Positions 16,945 through 26,703 are shown, counted from the stretch's first letter. The stretch: 64,000 nt of DNA from an uncultured Clostridia bacterium (GCA_963931445.1 OZ007016.1:1358538-1422537), one strand, 5' to 3'. Numbers and translations are program-made. Notes: a model not told the origin generated them from the letters alone.

Positions 16945-17787
16945 TTAATTACTATTAAATTTTAATAATTTATATAATATATCTTTCATATCTTTTCTTT
17001 CAACAATTTTATCAATAAATCCATGTTCTAATAAAAACTCTGAAGTTTGAAATCCATCTGGTAAATCTTGACCTATTGTTTGCTTTATAACTCTTGGTCC
17101 TGCAAATCCAATCATTGCATTAGGTTCTGCTAAAATTATATCTCCAAGACTAGCAAAACTTGCTGTAACTCCACCATAGGTTGGATCTGTAAGAACTGTT
17201 ATATATAAGATTCCATGTTCATTTAATTTTTCTATTGCAGCTGAAGTTTTTGCCATCTGCATTAAAGATATAATGCCTTCTTGCATTCTTGCACCTCCTG
17301 AAGCACAAAATACAATTAATGGCAATTTTAATTCTATAGCTTTTTCTATTGAATAAGTAATTTTTTCTCCAACCACTTTCCCCATGCTTCCCATCATAAA
17401 ATTACTATCCATTACACATATTACAACTTTTTTTGAATTTATTTTCCCTGTTCCACATTTTACCGCTTCATCTAGTCCAGTTTTTTCTTTTAATACTTCT
17501 AACTTTTTTATATAATCCTCCATTTCTAAAGGATTACTCGTTTTTACATCTATTTTAAATTCATTAAAAGTTCCTTCATCAATTATTTGCTCAATTCTTC
17601 TTCTGCTAGAAAGTCTAAAATGGTTACCACAATTAGGACATACACTATAATTTTTGTGTAAATCTTCTTTATATAAAATCTCTTTACATTTACTGCACTT
17701 AACCCACTTTCCTACTGGAATATCACTCTTATGCTCATCTTCTTTATCATCATACTCTATTCTTTTCTTTATTTTATCAATTACCAT
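16945..17787 (-). CDS. accD: Acetyl-CoA carboxylase carboxyltransferase beta subunit
   Basis: Zinc ribbon [29 protein letters not shown] and the CT domain. Start set at MVIDKIKKR after an AAGGAG RBS. The longer track start runs into the repeat element. Confidence 0.85.
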   Translation of the reverse strand: MVIDKIKKRIEYDDKEDEHKSDIPVGKWVKCSKCKEILYKEDLHKNYSVCPNCGNHFRLSSRRRIEQIIDEGTFNEFKIDVKTSNPLEMEDYIKKLEVLKEKTGLDEAVKCGTGKINSKKVVICVMDSNFMMGSMGKVVGEKITYSIEKAIELKLPLIVFCASGGARMQEGIISLMQMAKTSAAIEKLNEHGILYITVLTDPTYGGVTASFASLGDIILAEPNAMIGFAGPRVIKQTIGQDLPDGFQTSEFLLEHGFIDKIVERKDMKDILYKLLKFNSN

Positions 17788-17801
17788 ATAAATTTCTCCT
17801 T

Positions 17802-17995
17802 TTCGTTTTAGGGACAGGTCTCGCAACGAACTTTTATTCGTTTTGGGGACAGGTCTATTTTTAATAATATTTTAAACATCTATAACTTATCAATTAAATT
17901 TAAAAACTTAGATTTAATAAACTCTAAAATTTTTGTCTTTAGATATGTCCCTAAAACGAACTTTTATTCGTTTTTAGACCTGTCCCTAAAGCGAA
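17802..17995. repeat. 194-bp palindromic MITE/REP-like element (two 55-bp inverted modules around an AT-rich core)
   Basis: Module 17802-17856 is TTCGTTTTAGGGACAGGTCT-cgc-AACGAACTTTTATTCGTTTT-GGGGACAGGTCT. Its inverted counterpart 17941-17995 is AGATATGTCCCTAAAACGAACTTTTATTCGTTTTTAGACCTGTCCCTAAAGCGAA. The right end overlaps the accC stop. Confidence 0.7.
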
Positions 17996-19320
17996 CTTAT
18001 GAATGATGTGTCATAATTATTGTTTATAAATTGCTCATTTGATAATATTTTAAATAGGAAGTCTATGTTTGTGTCTATTCCTTCTATAACACATTCTTCT
18101 AGTGCTCTTTTCATTTTTGCAATTGCTGCATTTCTATTTTCTGCATGTACTATTATTTTTGCTATCATTGAATCATATACTGGTGGTATTGTGTATCCTG
18201 TATATACTGCTGTATCGACTCTTACTCCATTTCCTCCTGGTAAATTTAACTCTGTTATTTTGCCTGGACATGGTCTAAAATTTTTATCTGGATTCTCCGC
18301 ATTTATTCTACATTCTATTGCATGGCCTCTAAATGTAATATCTTTTTGAGTAAAACTCATTTTTTCTCCTGAAGCTATTTTTATTTGTTCTTTTACAATA
18401 TCTATTCCTGTTACCATTTCTGTTACTGGATGTTCTACTTGTATTCTTGTATTCATTTCCATAAAATAAAAATTCCTGTCTTTATCTACTAAAAATTCTA
18501 TAGTTCCGGCACTAGTATAATTTGATGCTTTTACTGCTTTTATTGCTGCTTTTCCCATTTTCATTCTTAAATCTTCTGTAAGTACCATTGAAGGACTTTC
18601 TTCCAAAACTTTCTGATTTTTTCTTTGTACTGAACAATCTCTTTCGCCTAAATGAATGGCATTTCCGTATTCATCTGCTAATACTTGCATTTCTACATGT
18701 CTAGGATTTACTATAAATTTCTCTATGTATATAGAATCATCATTAAAAGCCGCTTTTGCTTCTTGCTTTACTAAATTAAAAGCTTTTTCCATTTCTGATT
18801 CAAATTCTACTTTTCTTATTCCTTTACCGCCACCACCGGCAGATGCTTTAAGTAAAACCGGATAACCTATTTCTTTTGCACATTTAATTGCATCTTTAAG
18901 ATTTTCAATACAACCTTCTGATCCTGGTATTACTGGAACTTTTGCATTTTTCATTAATTCTTTACTGTTAGATTTGTTTCCCATTAAATCAATTACTTTA
19001 TAAGAAGGACCTATAAATTTTAAATTACTTTCTTCACACATTTTTGCAAAGCTTGCATTCTCTGATAAAAATCCAAATCCAGGATGCACACTATCACAAT
19101 TTGTTCTACATGCTGATTCTAATATATTTTGTATATTTAAATAGCTCTTTCCTGATGGTGCTGGTCCTACACATACTGCTTCATCTGCAAGTTTTGTATG
19201 AAGTGCTTCTTTATCTGCTTCTGAATATATTGCTACTGTTTTTATATTCATTTCTTTACATGCTCTTATAATTCTTACAGCAATTTCTCCTCTGTTTGCA
19301 ATCAAAACTTTCTTTAACAT
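17986..19320 (-). CDS. accC: Biotin carboxylase
   Basis: MLKKVLIANRGEIAVRIIRACKEMNIKTVAIYSEAD... is a full-length ATP-grasp biotin carboxylase. Confidence 0.9.
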   Translation of the reverse strand: MLKKVLIANRGEIAVRIIRACKEMNIKTVAIYSEADKEALHTKLADEAVCVGPAPSGKSYLNIQNILESACRTNCDSVHPGFGFLSENASFAKMCEESNLKFIGPSYKVIDLMGNKSNSKELMKNAKVPVIPGSEGCIENLKDAIKCAKEIGYPVLLKASAGGGGKGIRKVEFESEMEKAFNLVKQEAKAAFNDDSIYIEKFIVNPRHVEMQVLADEYGNAIHLGERDCSVQRKNQKVLEESPSMVLTEDLRMKMGKAAIKAVKASNYTSAGTIEFLVDKDRNFYFMEMNTRIQVEHPVTEMVTGIDIVKEQIKIASGEKMSFTQKDITFRGHAIECRINAENPDKNFRPCPGKITELNLPGGNGVRVDTAVYTGYTIPPVYDSMIAKIIVHAENRNAAIAKMKRALEECVIEGIDTNIDFLFKILSNEQFINNNYDTSFISSL

Positions 19321-19391
19321 TGATTATCTCCTTGTATTTATTAATTATTTATGATACACTATTATTCATTAACACTGAAAGGAGTGTTTTT

Positions 19392-19730
19392 ATGGAAAAT
19401 GTTGCTATGTTTTTCTACTCGTACGGTCAGGACAATGAACGGAATAGAGGTAGCAAACCTCTAATTTCAGTATTCAACAATATTTCTGCTTTTTATCGCC
19501 TCGGCGTATTAAGCGAGAAGTATAAGAATTGTCCAACTCGTATTCGGCTTATCAATGAGCTTTGTAGAGAATTTTCTCTTTGCAAGCATCAGGACTTGCC
19601 AAATCTTCTGGATATTTCTCTTGAAGGACACTATAGTCACCGGCTACTTAAGCAAATTATGGAAGAAACGGGATATCATATTCCTGTAAAACCTGTTTGT
19701 TCAGGTTTCCATGCATGGCGCGTACACTAA
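19392..19730 (+). CDS. Orphan 112-aa protein on a G+C-richer insert, antisense to the fab operon
   Basis: ATG after GAAAGGAG. MENVAMFFYSYGQDNERNRGSKPL...CSGFHAWRVH. Local composition is visibly richer in G+C than the flanks. No family recognised. Confidence 0.4.
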   Translation: MENVAMFFYSYGQDNERNRGSKPLISVFNNISAFYRLGVLSEKYKNCPTRIRLINELCREFSLCKHQDLPNLLDISLEGHYSHRLLKQIMEETGYHIPVKPVCSGFHAWRVH

Positions 19731-19753
19731 GTAAACAAATATTCAACATTTCG

Positions 19754-19786
19754 GCTTGGAGATAAATATTTGTCTCCAAGCTTTTT
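19754..19786 (+). terminator. Intrinsic terminator of the orphan gene
   Basis: GCTTGGAGATA-aatatt-TGTCTCCAAGC followed by TTTTT. Confidence 0.6.
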
Positions 19787-19793
19787 GTATCTT

Positions 19794-20216
19794 TTAAACT
19801 ATTGCAAAAGTAAGCTCACCTTTTGCTGCAATTTTTCCATCAACAGTTGCTATCGCTTCTCCTATTCCAATAGGTCCTTTTTGTTTTATAATTTTTACTT
19901 CTAGTTTTAATACATCTCCTGGTAATACTTGTTTTTTAAAACGAAGTTTATCTATTCCTCCAAACAAAGCATTTTTTCCTTTGTTTTCTTCCATTGATAG
20001 TATTGCAACAGCACCTGTTTGCGCTAAAGCTTCTACTATTAAAACCCCTGGCATAATTGGATTTCCTGGAAAATGTCCTTCAAAATGAGGTTCATTTATA
20101 CATACATTTTTGTATGCTACAGCACTTTCTCCTGGTACATATTCCTCTACTTTATCTATCATTAAAAATGGTGGTCTTTGTGGAATTATTTTCATTATTT
20201 CATTTATATCTAACAT
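19794..20216 (-). CDS. fabZ: 3-hydroxyacyl-ACP dehydratase FabZ
   Basis: [24 protein letters not shown] motif. Confidence 0.9.
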   Translation of the reverse strand: MLDINEIMKIIPQRPPFLMIDKVEEYVPGESAVAYKNVCINEPHFEGHFPGNPIMPGVLIVEALAQTGAVAILSMEENKGKNALFGGIDKLRFKKQVLPGDVLKLEVKIIKQKGPIGIGEAIATVDGKIAAKGELTFAIV

Positions 20217-20252
20217 ATACCTAAACTCCTTTATTTAAATTTTATTAATATG

Positions 20253-20708
20253 TTATTTAATCTTGAATAATGGTTTGCCATAGTCTACCATTTCTCCATC
20301 TTTTACACATACTTCAGCTATTTCACCATCAAATTCAGATTCTATTTCGTTCATTAATTTCATAGCTTCTACAATGCAAAGTATATCTCCTTTTTTTACT
20401 TTGCTACCCACTTCTACATAAGCCTTAGCATCTGGAGAAGATTTTGAATAAAAAGTACCAACCATTGGAGATTTTACTATTTTATAGTCTTCTGATACTT
20501 GTTTTTTATCTTCTACTCCTTCTTTACTTTCTTCTATTTTCTTATCTGGTACAGTAATATATTGAATTTCTTGTTTTGGTGGAATCATAGTAGCAGTCTT
20601 ATCTTTTTTCATACTTATTTTAATTCCATCCGGAAATTCTATGCTAAGCTCATCTATTTTCGAATTTCCCATATCATCTATTAATTTCTTTATATCTTCG
20701 TAATTCAT
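20253..20708 (-). CDS. accB: Biotin carboxyl carrier protein
   Basis: C-terminal biotinyl domain with the [13 protein letters not shown] motif. Confidence 0.85.
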   Translation of the reverse strand: MNYEDIKKLIDDMGNSKIDELSIEFPDGIKISMKKDKTATMIPPKQEIQYITVPDKKIEESKEGVEDKKQVSEDYKIVKSPMVGTFYSKSSPDAKAYVEVGSKVKKGDILCIVEAMKLMNEIESEFDGEIAEVCVKDGEMVDYGKPLFKIK

Positions 20709-20724
20709 TTTCTATTCCTCTTCT

Positions 20725-21960
20725 TTACTCATATTTTTTTAATAATATAGTTGCATTATGTCCGCCAAATCCTAATGAATTTGACATTGCATATTTAACA
20801 TGGGTATTTCTCCCTTCATTTGGAACAATGTCTAAATTACATTCTTCGTCTAGAACTTTGAAATTTATTGTGGCTGGTACAAAACCTTCTTCAATAGCTT
20901 TAGCACAAGCTACTGCTTCTACTCCTCCTGCTGCACCCAGTAAATGTCCTGTATGGCCTTTAGTTGAACTTACCATTACTTTTTTACTTGCTTCACCTAA
21001 TGCAGTCTTTATTGCCTCTGTTTCGCAAGAATCATTTAGATGTGTTGAAGTTCCATGTGCATTTATATATGTAATTTCTTCTGGTCTTACATTTGCTTCT
21101 TCCATAGCTATTTTCATAGCTCTAGCGCCACCTTCTCCTCCTGGGGCTGGTGAAGTTATATGATATGCATCAGAAGTCGCACCATATCCAACTATTTCTG
21201 CATATATTTTAGCGTTTCTCTTGATAGCATGTTCTAATTCCTCTAATATAACTATTCCTGCACCTTCTCCCATTACAAATCCACTTCTTTCTTTATCAAA
21301 TGGGATACTTGCTCTATTTTTATCTGTTGCTTGTGATAGTGCTTTTATATTAGTAAATCCAGCTATCCCTATAGGTGTTATAGCTGCTTCTGTACCACCT
21401 GATATAACTATGTCTTGATATCCATTTTTTATCATTCTAAAACTTTCACCTATACAATGTGTTCCTGATGCACAAGCAGTTACCATTGAAATTGATTCAC
21501 CTTTTGCACCTAGCTCTATTGCAACATTTCCTGCTGCCATATTAGCTATATTCATTGGAATAAACATTGGACTTACTCTGTCTGGTCCTTTTTCATGGAT
21601 ATTTGTCATTTCTTTCTCCATTGTTTCTAATCCACCTATTCCTGAACCTAATATTACTCCGACTCTTTCCATATTTTCTTTTTCTCTATCTAATTTGCTG
21701 TCTTCCCAAGCCTCTTTTGCTGCAATTATTGCAAATTGAGAAAAAGTATCTAATCTTTTTGCTGCTTTTCTATCAAAATATTCTTCTGGATTATATCCTT
21801 TTACTTCTGCTGCTAGCTTAACTTTAAAATTAGTAGTATCAAAATGTGTTATTTCATCAATTCCACACTTTCCTTCTTTTATACCTTTCCAAAATTCTTT
21901 TGTATTATTCCCTATTGGAGTTATTGCCCCAAGTCCTGTTATAACTACTCTTCTTTCCAT
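20725..21960 (-). CDS. fabF: 3-oxoacyl-ACP synthase II
   Basis: RRVVITGLGAITPIGN..., active-site ACASG, and HGTSTxxND/GHxxGAAG motifs. Confidence 0.9.
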   Translation of the reverse strand: MERRVVITGLGAITPIGNNTKEFWKGIKEGKCGIDEITHFDTTNFKVKLAAEVKGYNPEEYFDRKAAKRLDTFSQFAIIAAKEAWEDSKLDREKENMERVGVILGSGIGGLETMEKEMTNIHEKGPDRVSPMFIPMNIANMAAGNVAIELGAKGESISMVTACASGTHCIGESFRMIKNGYQDIVISGGTEAAITPIGIAGFTNIKALSQATDKNRASIPFDKERSGFVMGEGAGIVILEELEHAIKRNAKIYAEIVGYGATSDAYHITSPAPGGEGGARAMKIAMEEANVRPEEITYINAHGTSTHLNDSCETEAIKTALGEASKKVMVSSTKGHTGHLLGAAGGVEAVACAKAIEEGFVPATINFKVLDEECNLDIVPNEGRNTHVKYAMSNSLGFGGHNATILLKKYE

Positions 21961-21987
21961 ATCTTTATCCTTTCATTTCTTATTAAT

Positions 21988-22728
21988 TTACATTACCATT
22001 CCGCCATCTATATTAATAACTTGCCCAGTTATATATGAACTATCTTCTGATGCTAAAAATTTTACAACTTTTGCAACTTCTTTTGGGCTTCCCATCCTTC
22101 TTAATGGAATTTGTACATTTATTCCTTCTTTTACATTATCTGATAAAACTTTTGTCATATCTGTATCTATAAATCCTGGTGCTATAGCATTTACTAAAAT
22201 ATTTCTACTTGCTACTTCTTTTGCTAGGCTTTTTGTAAATCCTATTATTCCTGCTTTTGATGCTGAATAATTGGTTTGACCTGCATTTCCTGCTACACCT
22301 ACTACTGATGAAACATTTATTATTCTTCCTGATTTTTGTTTTATCATATATGGAATTACATTTCTTGTTACATTAAATGTTCCAATCAAGTTTATATCTA
22401 TTACTGCTTCAAAATCTTCTTTTTTCATTCTCATTATTAATCCGTCTTTTGTAATACCAGCATTATTTACTAATATATCTATTTTTCCAAATTTTTCTAC
22501 AGTTTCTTTAACCATAGACTCACATTGTTCAAAATTCGCAACATCTGTTCCTACAAATTCGCATCTTACTCCATATTCTTCTATTTCTTTTTTTAGGTCC
22601 TCCATTCCTTCTTGCATACTTCTATAATTTACTGCTATATCAAATCCATTTTGTGCAAGTTCTAATGCTATTTCCTTTCCAATTCCTCTTGTTGCACCTG
22701 TTATTAACGCTACTTTTCTTTCGCTCAT
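21988..22728 (-). CDS. fabG: 3-oxoacyl-ACP reductase
   Basis: SDR: ALITGATRGIGKEIA, NNAGIT, YSASKAG. Confidence 0.85.
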   Translation of the reverse strand: MSERKVALITGATRGIGKEIALELAQNGFDIAVNYRSMQEGMEDLKKEIEEYGVRCEFVGTDVANFEQCESMVKETVEKFGKIDILVNNAGITKDGLIMRMKKEDFEAVIDINLIGTFNVTRNVIPYMIKQKSGRIINVSSVVGVAGNAGQTNYSASKAGIIGFTKSLAKEVASRNILVNAIAPGFIDTDMTKVLSDNVKEGINVQIPLRRMGSPKEVAKVVKFLASEDSSYITGQVINIDGGMVM

Positions 22729-22750
22729 TTTTTATTCATCCTTTCTATTT

Positions 22751-23689
22751 TTATTTTAAAGCTTGTAATGTATTTTCCAATGTTTCTATATTTTCAATAT
22801 TAAATACATTTACTTCTTTTTCTAATTTTTTACATACTTTTTTTACAAAACCCGATAATGTTTTTCCTGGTCCTATTTCTATAAATGTATCTATTCCCAT
22901 TTCTATCATTTTTTCAATAGATTTTCCAAATTTTACTGGATTTACAACATGTTTTGATAATATTTCCACCATATTATCTTCTTTTCCATATTCTTCTCCA
23001 TTTAAGTTCTTTATAACTGGCATAGTAAAGTCTTTAAAATCGATTTTTTCTAATTCTTTTTTTAGTTCTGTTGATGCTTCTTGTAATTTTTCTGTATGAA
23101 ATGGTCCACTAGTTTTTAATTCTATTACTCTTTTTGCACCTAATTCTTTTGCATTTTCCATAGCTTGAGCTACTGCTTCTTTTTCTCCTGATACTACTAC
23201 TTGACCAGGACAGTTATAGTTTACTGCTTTTACAAATCCATTTGTTACTTTCATGCAAGCTTCTTCTACTTTATTGTCTTCTAAACCGATTATTGCAGCC
23301 ATTGCCCAATCTCCTTTGGGTGCTAAATTTTGCATTAGTTTTCCCCTAGTTCTTACTATTTTTGCCCCATCTTCTAAACTAATGGCACCTGCTGCAGTTA
23401 ATGCACTATATTCTCCCAAACTTAAACCTGCTGCCACAACTGGTTTTATTCCGTTATTTTTTAATATTTCTAATATTGCCATACTCATTGCATATATTGC
23501 TATTTGTGTATTTTCTGTTTTATTAAGTTCTTCTTGGCTTTCTTCATATGTAAGTTTTTCGATATTTTCATTTAATACACTATCTATTATTTTATATACA
23601 TTTCTTGCTTCTTCATATTTTTCATATATATCCTTTCCCATTCCAACTACTTGTGTTCCTTGTCCTGGAAAAATATAAGCTATTTTCAT
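22751..23689 (-). CDS. fabD: Malonyl-CoA:ACP transacylase
   Basis: FPGQGTQVVGMG and GLSLGEYSAL motifs. Confidence 0.9.
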   Translation of the reverse strand: MKIAYIFPGQGTQVVGMGKDIYEKYEEARNVYKIIDSVLNENIEKLTYEESQEELNKTENTQIAIYAMSMAILEILKNNGIKPVVAAGLSLGEYSALTAAGAISLEDGAKIVRTRGKLMQNLAPKGDWAMAAIIGLEDNKVEEACMKVTNGFVKAVNYNCPGQVVVSGEKEAVAQAMENAKELGAKRVIELKTSGPFHTEKLQEASTELKKELEKIDFKDFTMPVIKNLNGEEYGKEDNMVEILSKHVVNPVKFGKSIEKMIEMGIDTFIEIGPGKTLSGFVKKVCKKLEKEVNVFNIENIETLENTLQALK

Positions 23690-23838
23690 GTTTTATCTCC
23701 TTTGATTTTAAACTTATCATTTATCTTTATATGTGATACTATAATTGCAATCTCAAAATTTTCGTATAAAATTATAGCATATATAATATTTTTTTGCATT
23801 AGTTCTAACCAATCGGTCGAAAAAATAGATTCAGCTTT

Positions 23839-23893
23839 AGACCTGTCCCTAAAACGAATTTTTTTTCGTTTTAAGACCTGTCCCTAAAGCGAA
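23839..23893. repeat. Solo 55-bp module of the same repeat family, in the fabD-mutS2 divergent region
   Basis: AGACCTGTCCCTAAAACGAATTTTTTTTCGTTTTAAGACCTGTCCCTAAAGCGAA is nearly identical to 17941-17995. Confidence 0.7.
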
Positions 23894-23938
23894 TTTTATG
23901 ATATACTTATGTTATTATATTTGATTGGAGAATTTAAA

Positions 23939-26191
23939 ATGAATTTAAAATACTTAAAAATTTTAGAATATGATAAGGTTATTCATAAATTAAGTACATA
24001 TTGTAAAACTTATATTGGTAAGGAAAATGCAAATAATATATTGCCTGAATTTAATTCTAATGCAGTTATTGCTTCTTTAGAGTTTACAACTGAAGCTATT
24101 AGTTTAATTTATAGAAAGGGTAATGTTCCTATTTGTGATATTCCAAATATTTCTGTTTCTCTTAAAGTTCTAGATAGTATTGGTGTTTTAAGTAATTTAA
24201 CATTACTAAATATTGCACGATTTTTGAAAATTTCTAGAGAAGTAAAAGAATATTTTTTCTCTTCAGATGATATAGATTTATCTGTATATTTTAAATTATA
24301 TGATTTGTTTGATTTGCTCTATGCAAATCAAAATATAGAAAATAAAATTTTCTCTGTTATATTGGATGAAAATACTATTTCCGATAATGCTTCTACTAAA
24401 CTTGCTTCAATTAGAAGAGAAATTAGAAAACTAGAGCAAGATATTAAAGATAAATTAAACTCTTTTATACATTCTAGTACCTATTCTAAATATATTATGG
24501 AACCAATTATTACAATTAGAGCTAATAGATATGTAATTCCAGTTAAGGAAGAATATCGTTCACAAATAAAAGGCTTTATACATGATATTTCTAGTAGTGG
24601 TTCTACTGTATTTATTGAACCAATTAGTATTTTTGAATTAAATAATAAAATAGCTAACTTGAAAATCGAAGAAAATATAGAAATTGAAAAAATATTAGCA
24701 AATCTTACTAGTATGTTATATGATTATACAAATTATTTAAAAAGCAATATTTCTATCTTAGGAAATCTAGATTTAATATTTGCTAAAGCTTCATATTCTA
24801 TAGAAATTGACGGCATTTCACCTAAAATTAATAATGATAAATATATAAATCTAATATCTGCAAGACATCCGTTAATTGATAAAAATGTAGTAGTGCCTAT
24901 TGATATTTCAGTAGGCAAAGCATATTCTTCATTAGTTATAACTGGTCCTAATACTGGAGGTAAAACTGTTTCTCTAAAAACTACAGGGCTTTTACTTCTT
25001 ATGGTTTATTCTGGTATATACATTCCTGCAAAAGAAGAAAGTTCGATATTTGTTTTTGATAATATATTTGCAGATATTGGAGATGAACAAAGTATTCAGG
25101 AAAACTTAAGTACTTTTTCATCACACATAACTAATATTGTAGAAATAACAAATAATATTACTTCAAATAGCTTAGTTTTACTAGATGAACTTGGTTCTGG
25201 AACTGATCCTATTGAAGGAGCCAATCTTGCAATTAGTATACTAAAATACCTTTTTGATTTAGGTGTTGTAACTTTGTCTACTACCCATTACCAAGAGTTA
25301 AAAAACTATTGTATTGCAACAAATGGATTTCAAAATGCAAGTTGTGAATTTGATATAGAAAATTTGAAACCTACATATAAATTGCTAATTGGAATTCCTG
25401 GAAAAAGCAATGCTTTTGCAATTAGTAAAAAACTTGGATTAAATAATAAAATTTTAAATATGGCTAATTCTTTAATGAAAAATGATGATATACATATAGA
25501 AGATTTAATGAAAAAAATATATGATAGTAAAATACAAATTGAAAAAGAAAATGAAAAAATCAAAAAAAATTCTGCTCAAATAGAATCACTTAGAAAAAAA
25601 TTAGAAAATGAAAATAATCTACAAAAAGAAAAACAAGATAAAATGTTAGGAGATGCCAAAAAAGAAGCAAAGGAAATTATATTATCTGCTAAAAATAAAG
25701 CAAATTCAATTATAAAAGAATTAAATAACTTAAATAAAAATGATTTGTCTAAAGCAAATAATTTAAGAAATACACTAAATGATGAATTAAAATCTATTTC
25801 ATCTAATACTTCTAATAACAGCTTGAATTTAGAAGATTTAAAAGATTTAAATAGTAAATTTAGTTTAAAAAATAGTTCTTTAGAATTTAACACTAAAAAC
25901 CAAAAATCTTCTGTAACATTTGTAAAAGGAAATAATTTAAAATCTAAAAATATTTCTAATGAAATAAATGTAATTGGATTAAATGTTGATGAAGCAATTT
26001 TTGTAATAGATAAATATTTAGATGATTGCTCTATTGCTAAACTTGTAACAGTTAGAATAGTACATGGAAAAGGAACTGGCAAATTAAGAGAAGGTATTCA
26101 TAATTATTTAAAAACTAATTCTCATGTAAAATCTTTTAGACTAGGTACATTTGGTGAAGGTGAAATGGGAGTTACCGTTGTTGAACTTTAA
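23939..26191 (+). CDS. mutS2: Endonuclease MutS2 (MutS domain plus C-terminal Smr)
   Basis: Walker A ITGPNTGGKTV, DELGSGTDP, and a Smr tail VRIVHGKGTGKLREGIHNYL. Start at MNLKYLKILEY after GGAG. Confidence 0.9.
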   Translation: MNLKYLKILEYDKVIHKLSTYCKTYIGKENANNILPEFNSNAVIASLEFTTEAISLIYRKGNVPICDIPNISVSLKVLDSIGVLSNLTLLNIARFLKISREVKEYFFSSDDIDLSVYFKLYDLFDLLYANQNIENKIFSVILDENTISDNASTKLASIRREIRKLEQDIKDKLNSFIHSSTYSKYIMEPIITIRANRYVIPVKEEYRSQIKGFIHDISSSGSTVFIEPISIFELNNKIANLKIEENIEIEKILANLTSMLYDYTNYLKSNISILGNLDLIFAKASYSIEIDGISPKINNDKYINLISARHPLIDKNVVVPIDISVGKAYSSLVITGPNTGGKTVSLKTTGLLLLMVYSGIYIPAKEESSIFVFDNIFADIGDEQSIQENLSTFSSHITNIVEITNNITSNSLVLLDELGSGTDPIEGANLAISILKYLFDLGVVTLSTTHYQELKNYCIATNGFQNASCEFDIENLKPTYKLLIGIPGKSNAFAISKKLGLNNKILNMANSLMKNDDIHIEDLMKKIYDSKIQIEKENEKIKKNSAQIESLRKKLENENNLQKEKQDKMLGDAKKEAKEIILSAKNKANSIIKELNNLNKNDLSKANNLRNTLNDELKSISSNTSNNSLNLEDLKDLNSKFSLKNSSLEFNTKNQKSSVTFVKGNNLKSKNISNEINVIGLNVDEAIFVIDKYLDDCSIAKLVTVRIVHGKGTGKLREGIHNYLKTNSHVKSFRLGTFGEGEMGVTVVEL

Positions 26192-26211
26192 GAAAATTTC
26201 TTAAAGTTCAA
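26181..26211 (+). terminator. Perfect 15-bp-arm palindrome overlapping the mutS2 stop
   Basis: TTGAACTTTAAGAAA-a-TTTCTTAAAGTTCAA followed by T-rich sequence. Confidence 0.5.
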
Positions 26212-26383
26212 TTCCTTTTGCTTTAATTTCTTATTATATAAGAAAAGTGGCTTCCCTTTTTGTAGCATTTAGCTTCGCGAATATGCATAGCCCCAGTAAA
26301 CTTAACCTTGCCCAATAGCGAAAATTGATAAGAATACTGAAATATCAAGAAAAATATTGATTTTTCCTATACAACAAAAAAAA

Positions 26384-26411
26384 ATGAACTTCAAGGTTTT
26401 CCTTAAAGTTC
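26384..26411 (-). terminator. hup terminator
   Basis: TGAACTTCAAGG-tttt-CCTTAAAGTTCA. On the minus strand it is followed by a T9 run. Confidence 0.6.
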
Positions 26412-26424
26412 AATTTATATATAA

Positions 26425-26703
26425 TTATTTTTTATTTACTAATTCTTTTAATGCTTTTCCTGCTTTGAATACAGGTGCTTTAGAAGCTGGTATTTTAATT
26501 TCTTCTTTAGTTTGTGGGTTTCTACCTTTTCTAGCAGCTCTTTTTCTTACTTCAAAAGATCCAAATCCAACTAATTGAACTTTATCTCCTTTAACTAATG
26601 CTTCTGTTACAACATCTATAAAAGCATTTAATGTTGCTTCTGCATCCTTTTTTGTTTCTCCTGTTTTAGCTGCGATAGCTGCGATTAATTCTGATTTGTT
26701 CAT
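26425..26703 (-). CDS. hup: HU family DNA-binding protein
   Basis: [36 protein letters not shown]...[20 protein letters not shown]. Confidence 0.9.
   Translation of the reverse strand: MNKSELIAAIAAKTGETKKDAEATLNAFIDVVTEALVKGDKVQLVGFGSFEVRKRAARKGRNPQTKEEIKIPASKAPVFKAGKALKELVNKK

Noticed and set aside
19296-19391. N-terminal extension of the orphan ORF overlapping the accC start.
   Set aside because: The extension is AT-rich antisense sequence of accC and its RBS region. The internal ATG at 19392 has a GAAAGGAG RBS and coincides with the composition shift.
17802-23893. Repeated 20-mers as a CRISPR array.
   Set aside because: There are only six copies in two places, in both orientations, with no regular repeat-spacer periodicity and no cas genes.
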